From contig JAWLHY010000001.1 in the NCBI GenBank assembly GCA_041690135.1, positions 864,001-928,000 of the forward strand: a DNA stretch of 64,000 bases, in the 5' to 3' direction. The stretch comes from Armatimonadota bacterium (GTDB lineage: Bacteria; Armatimonadota; SYMT01). Under the pieces are notes generated by a model, which did no database searches, was not told the origin of the DNA, and saw only the letters and a list, made by a program, of their open reading frames with translations. A program made the position numbers and the translations under genes. Positions 62,070 through 64,000 of this stretch are shown here, one piece after another. Positions within the stretch are counted from its first letter, which is position 1. Each line of letters starts with the position of its first letter.

Positions 62070-62240
62070 AGGTGTGTCCAGGACTACGACGAGAGCACCT
62101 TGCCCTACAACTCCACCGGCGGCACCGGGGCGGCGGGAGCCCGGAACTGGGAAATCGAGCTGCAGCCGTTCATCAAGAATGCACAGATCTTCCGATGCCG
62201 CAGCGTGCAGGCACTGCACGGCTACAGTTACAGCATGTCC
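62070..62240 (+). pseudogene. Remnant of a DUF1559/prepilin-type gene
   Basis: VQDYDESTLP..W..ELQPFIKNAQIFRC.S..YSY matches the middle of DUF1559-type prepilin proteins; no N-terminal prepilin segment, and the frame runs on into low-complexity sequence. Confidence 0.6.
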
Positions 62241-62372
62241 GTGTCGCCCGACCCTACCACTCACCGCACCCCTAACCAAAATCCTCGTCCAAAATTGCCC
62301 GCAGGTTCTCCCATTCGCTGCATTCGCCCAATTCGCGGATCGCCCGTTCCCACCAACCCCCGCCCCTTTCAA

Positions 62373-62401
62373 TTGACGCCTATACTTCCGTTTGGTACAA
62401 T
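62373..62401 (+). promoter_or_regulatory. Sigma70-type promoter upstream of lepA
   Basis: TTGACG-17-TACAAT with extended TG. Confidence 0.75.
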
Positions 62402-62503
62402 ACGCCGTCTTCCCGGGCGGCACCCTGTGCCCGTGGTTACTGGCCGCCTGGCGCGAGTGTGAAGAATCGGGTGGTGCGGTAAAGAAAACCGCCCGCAGCG
62501 CGC

Positions 62504-62525
62504 AGGCCCGCAGGGGCCTTTTTTT
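62504..62525 (+). terminator. Intrinsic terminator within the lepA leader
   Basis: aggccc-gcag-gggcc followed by T7, 22 nt before the lepA ATG. Confidence 0.7.
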
Positions 62526-62547
62526 GCGGATAAGGGACTGGAGCAGT

Positions 62548-64000
62548 ATGGCGAGCGGCGATCGACAGGCGCATATTCGGAATTTCTGCATCATCGCGCA
62601 CATCGACCATGGGAAGTCGACCCTGGCCGACCGCCTGCTGGAGGTGACGGGCACCATCAGCCGCGAGCAGCACCAGGACCAGATGCTCGACAAGATGGAT
62701 ATCGAGCGTGAGCGCGGTATCACCATCAAGATGGCGTCTGTTCGCATGTCCTACACAGCGGACGACGGGCAAGAGTACGAGCTTAACCTCATCGACACCC
62801 CCGGGCACGTGGACTTCACCTACGAAGTTTCCCGCTCCCTGGCGGCGTGCGAAGGGGCCATTTTGGTGGTCGACGCGGCCCAGGGTGTCGAGGCGCAAAC
62901 TATCGCCAACGTCAACCTGGCGCTCAACAACGACCTGACCCTGGTCCCCGTGTTGAACAAGATCGACCTCCCTGCCGCCGACCCGGAGCGGGTGGTTGCG
63001 GAAGTGGAAGAGACGCTGGCCATCCCCCAAGAGGAGTGCATCCTCGCCAGCGCCAAGGAGGGCATTGGCGTCAAGGAAATCCTGGAAGCCGTAGTCCAGC
63101 GCGTCCCGCCCCCGAAGGGCGATCCGGACGCACCCCTCCGCGCCCTGATTTACGACAGTCATTTCGATCCGTACCTGGGCATCGTGGCCTACGTTCGCGT
63201 GGTAGACGGCTCCCTCCGCCCACAGCAGAAGATCCGGATGATGTCCACCGGCCGGGAATTCGAAGTCACCGGCGTCGGTGTGTTCAAGCCGCACATGCAG
63301 CCGGCGAGTGGCCTGGGGGCGGGCCAGGTAGGCTTCGTGCACGCCGCCATCAAGTCGATCGGCGATTGCCGCGTGGGCGACACCATAACGGGCGTGGGGG
63401 ACCAGAGGGCCTCGGAGATGCTGCCGGGGTACAAGCAGGTCAAGCCGATGGTATTCTGTGGCCTGTACCCGGTGGTGGGTGAAGACTACCCGGACCTTCG
63501 CGAGGCTCTCGGCAAGCTGCAGCTCAACGACTCGTCGCTCACCTACGAGCCGGAGACCTCCGCGGCCCTCGGCTTCGGGTTCCGCTGCGGGTTCCTCGGA
63601 TTGCTCCACAGCGACGTCATCCAGGAACGGCTGGAGCGGGAGTTCGATCTTGACCTGATCGCCACGTCTCCGTCCGTGATCTACCGAGTGACGACCACCG
63701 ACGGCAAGGTCCACGAGATCGACAACCCGGCCAACTGGCCGCAGGTCCAGAAGATCGCCAGCATCACCGAGCCTTACGTGGATGCCACGGTCATCACGCC
63801 GAAGCACTACGTGGGCACCTGTATGGAGCTGTGCAACGACCGCCGCGGTATCTTCAAGCACATGGAATACGCGGGGACGGAGCGCGTGATCCTGAGCTAC
63901 CAACTCCCCCTTGCCGAGATCCTGATGGACTTCTTCGACAGTCTCAAGTCGCGGACGAAGGGGTACGCCTCCTTCGATTACGAGCTGTCCGGTTACCAGG
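62548..64000 (+). CDS. lepA: Elongation factor 4 (LepA), truncated by window end
   Basis: Not in the ORF track; ATG at 62548: [55 protein letters not shown]. Confidence 0.97.
   Translation, partial: MASGDRQAHIRNFCIIAHIDHGKSTLADRLLEVTGTISREQHQDQMLDKMDIERERGITIKMASVRMSYTADDGQEYELNLIDTPGHVDFTYEVSRSLAACEGAILVVDAAQGVEAQTIANVNLALNNDLTLVPVLNKIDLPAADPERVVAEVEETLAIPQEECILASAKEGIGVKEILEAVVQRVPPPKGDPDAPLRALIYDSHFDPYLGIVAYVRVVDGSLRPQQKIRMMSTGREFEVTGVGVFKPHMQPASGLGAGQVGFVHAAIKSIGDCRVGDTITGVGDQRASEMLPGYKQVKPMVFCGLYPVVGEDYPDLREALGKLQLNDSSLTYEPETSAALGFGFRCGFLGLLHSDVIQERLEREFDLDLIATSPSVIYRVTTTDGKVHEIDNPANWPQVQKIASITEPYVDATVITPKHYVGTCMELCNDRRGIFKHMEYAGTERVILSYQLPLAEILMDFFDSLKSRTKGYASFDYELSGYQ

Noticed and set aside
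62465-62500. T-box antiterminator in the lepA leader (AATCGGGTGGTGCGG)
   Set aside because: Lacks the UGGNACC core, and the leader is short for a full stem I

Overview
GC-rich bacterial chromosome segment. It is most consistent with a Terrabacteria lineage, probably Armatimonadota. This is inferred from a CIRCE-controlled groESL, trmFO and a long Bacillus-type SRP RNA upstream of dnaX-ybaB-recR, together with a DUF1559-like prepilin remnant and Planctomycete-type DUF1549/DUF1553, PPC, DUF4058, sulfatase and CRTAC1 genes. Housekeeping blocks (rpoZ-dnaJ, groES-groEL, trmFO-maf, ffs-dnaX-ybaB-recR, efp-accB-like-accC-nusB-dxs, miaB, lepA) alternate with genes for many secreted proteins. Highlights: (1) an ECF sigma factor overlapping a gene whose product joins an anti-sigma-like N-terminus to a degenerate PilB/GspE ATPase; (2) a REP-associated tyrosine transposase bracketed by two ~250-bp GTAG-REP-bounded elements, with further copies at 37.7 and 45.5 kb; (3) an AccB-like protein whose biotin-accepting Lys is Arg; (4) RpoZ with a long acidic tail; (5) a VAGxR motif shared by two unrelated secreted proteins; (6) heptamer repeats inserted in frame in a DUF1549 domain; (7) a structured, terminator-ended lepA leader. 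All calls come from reading motifs by eye; no database searches were run.
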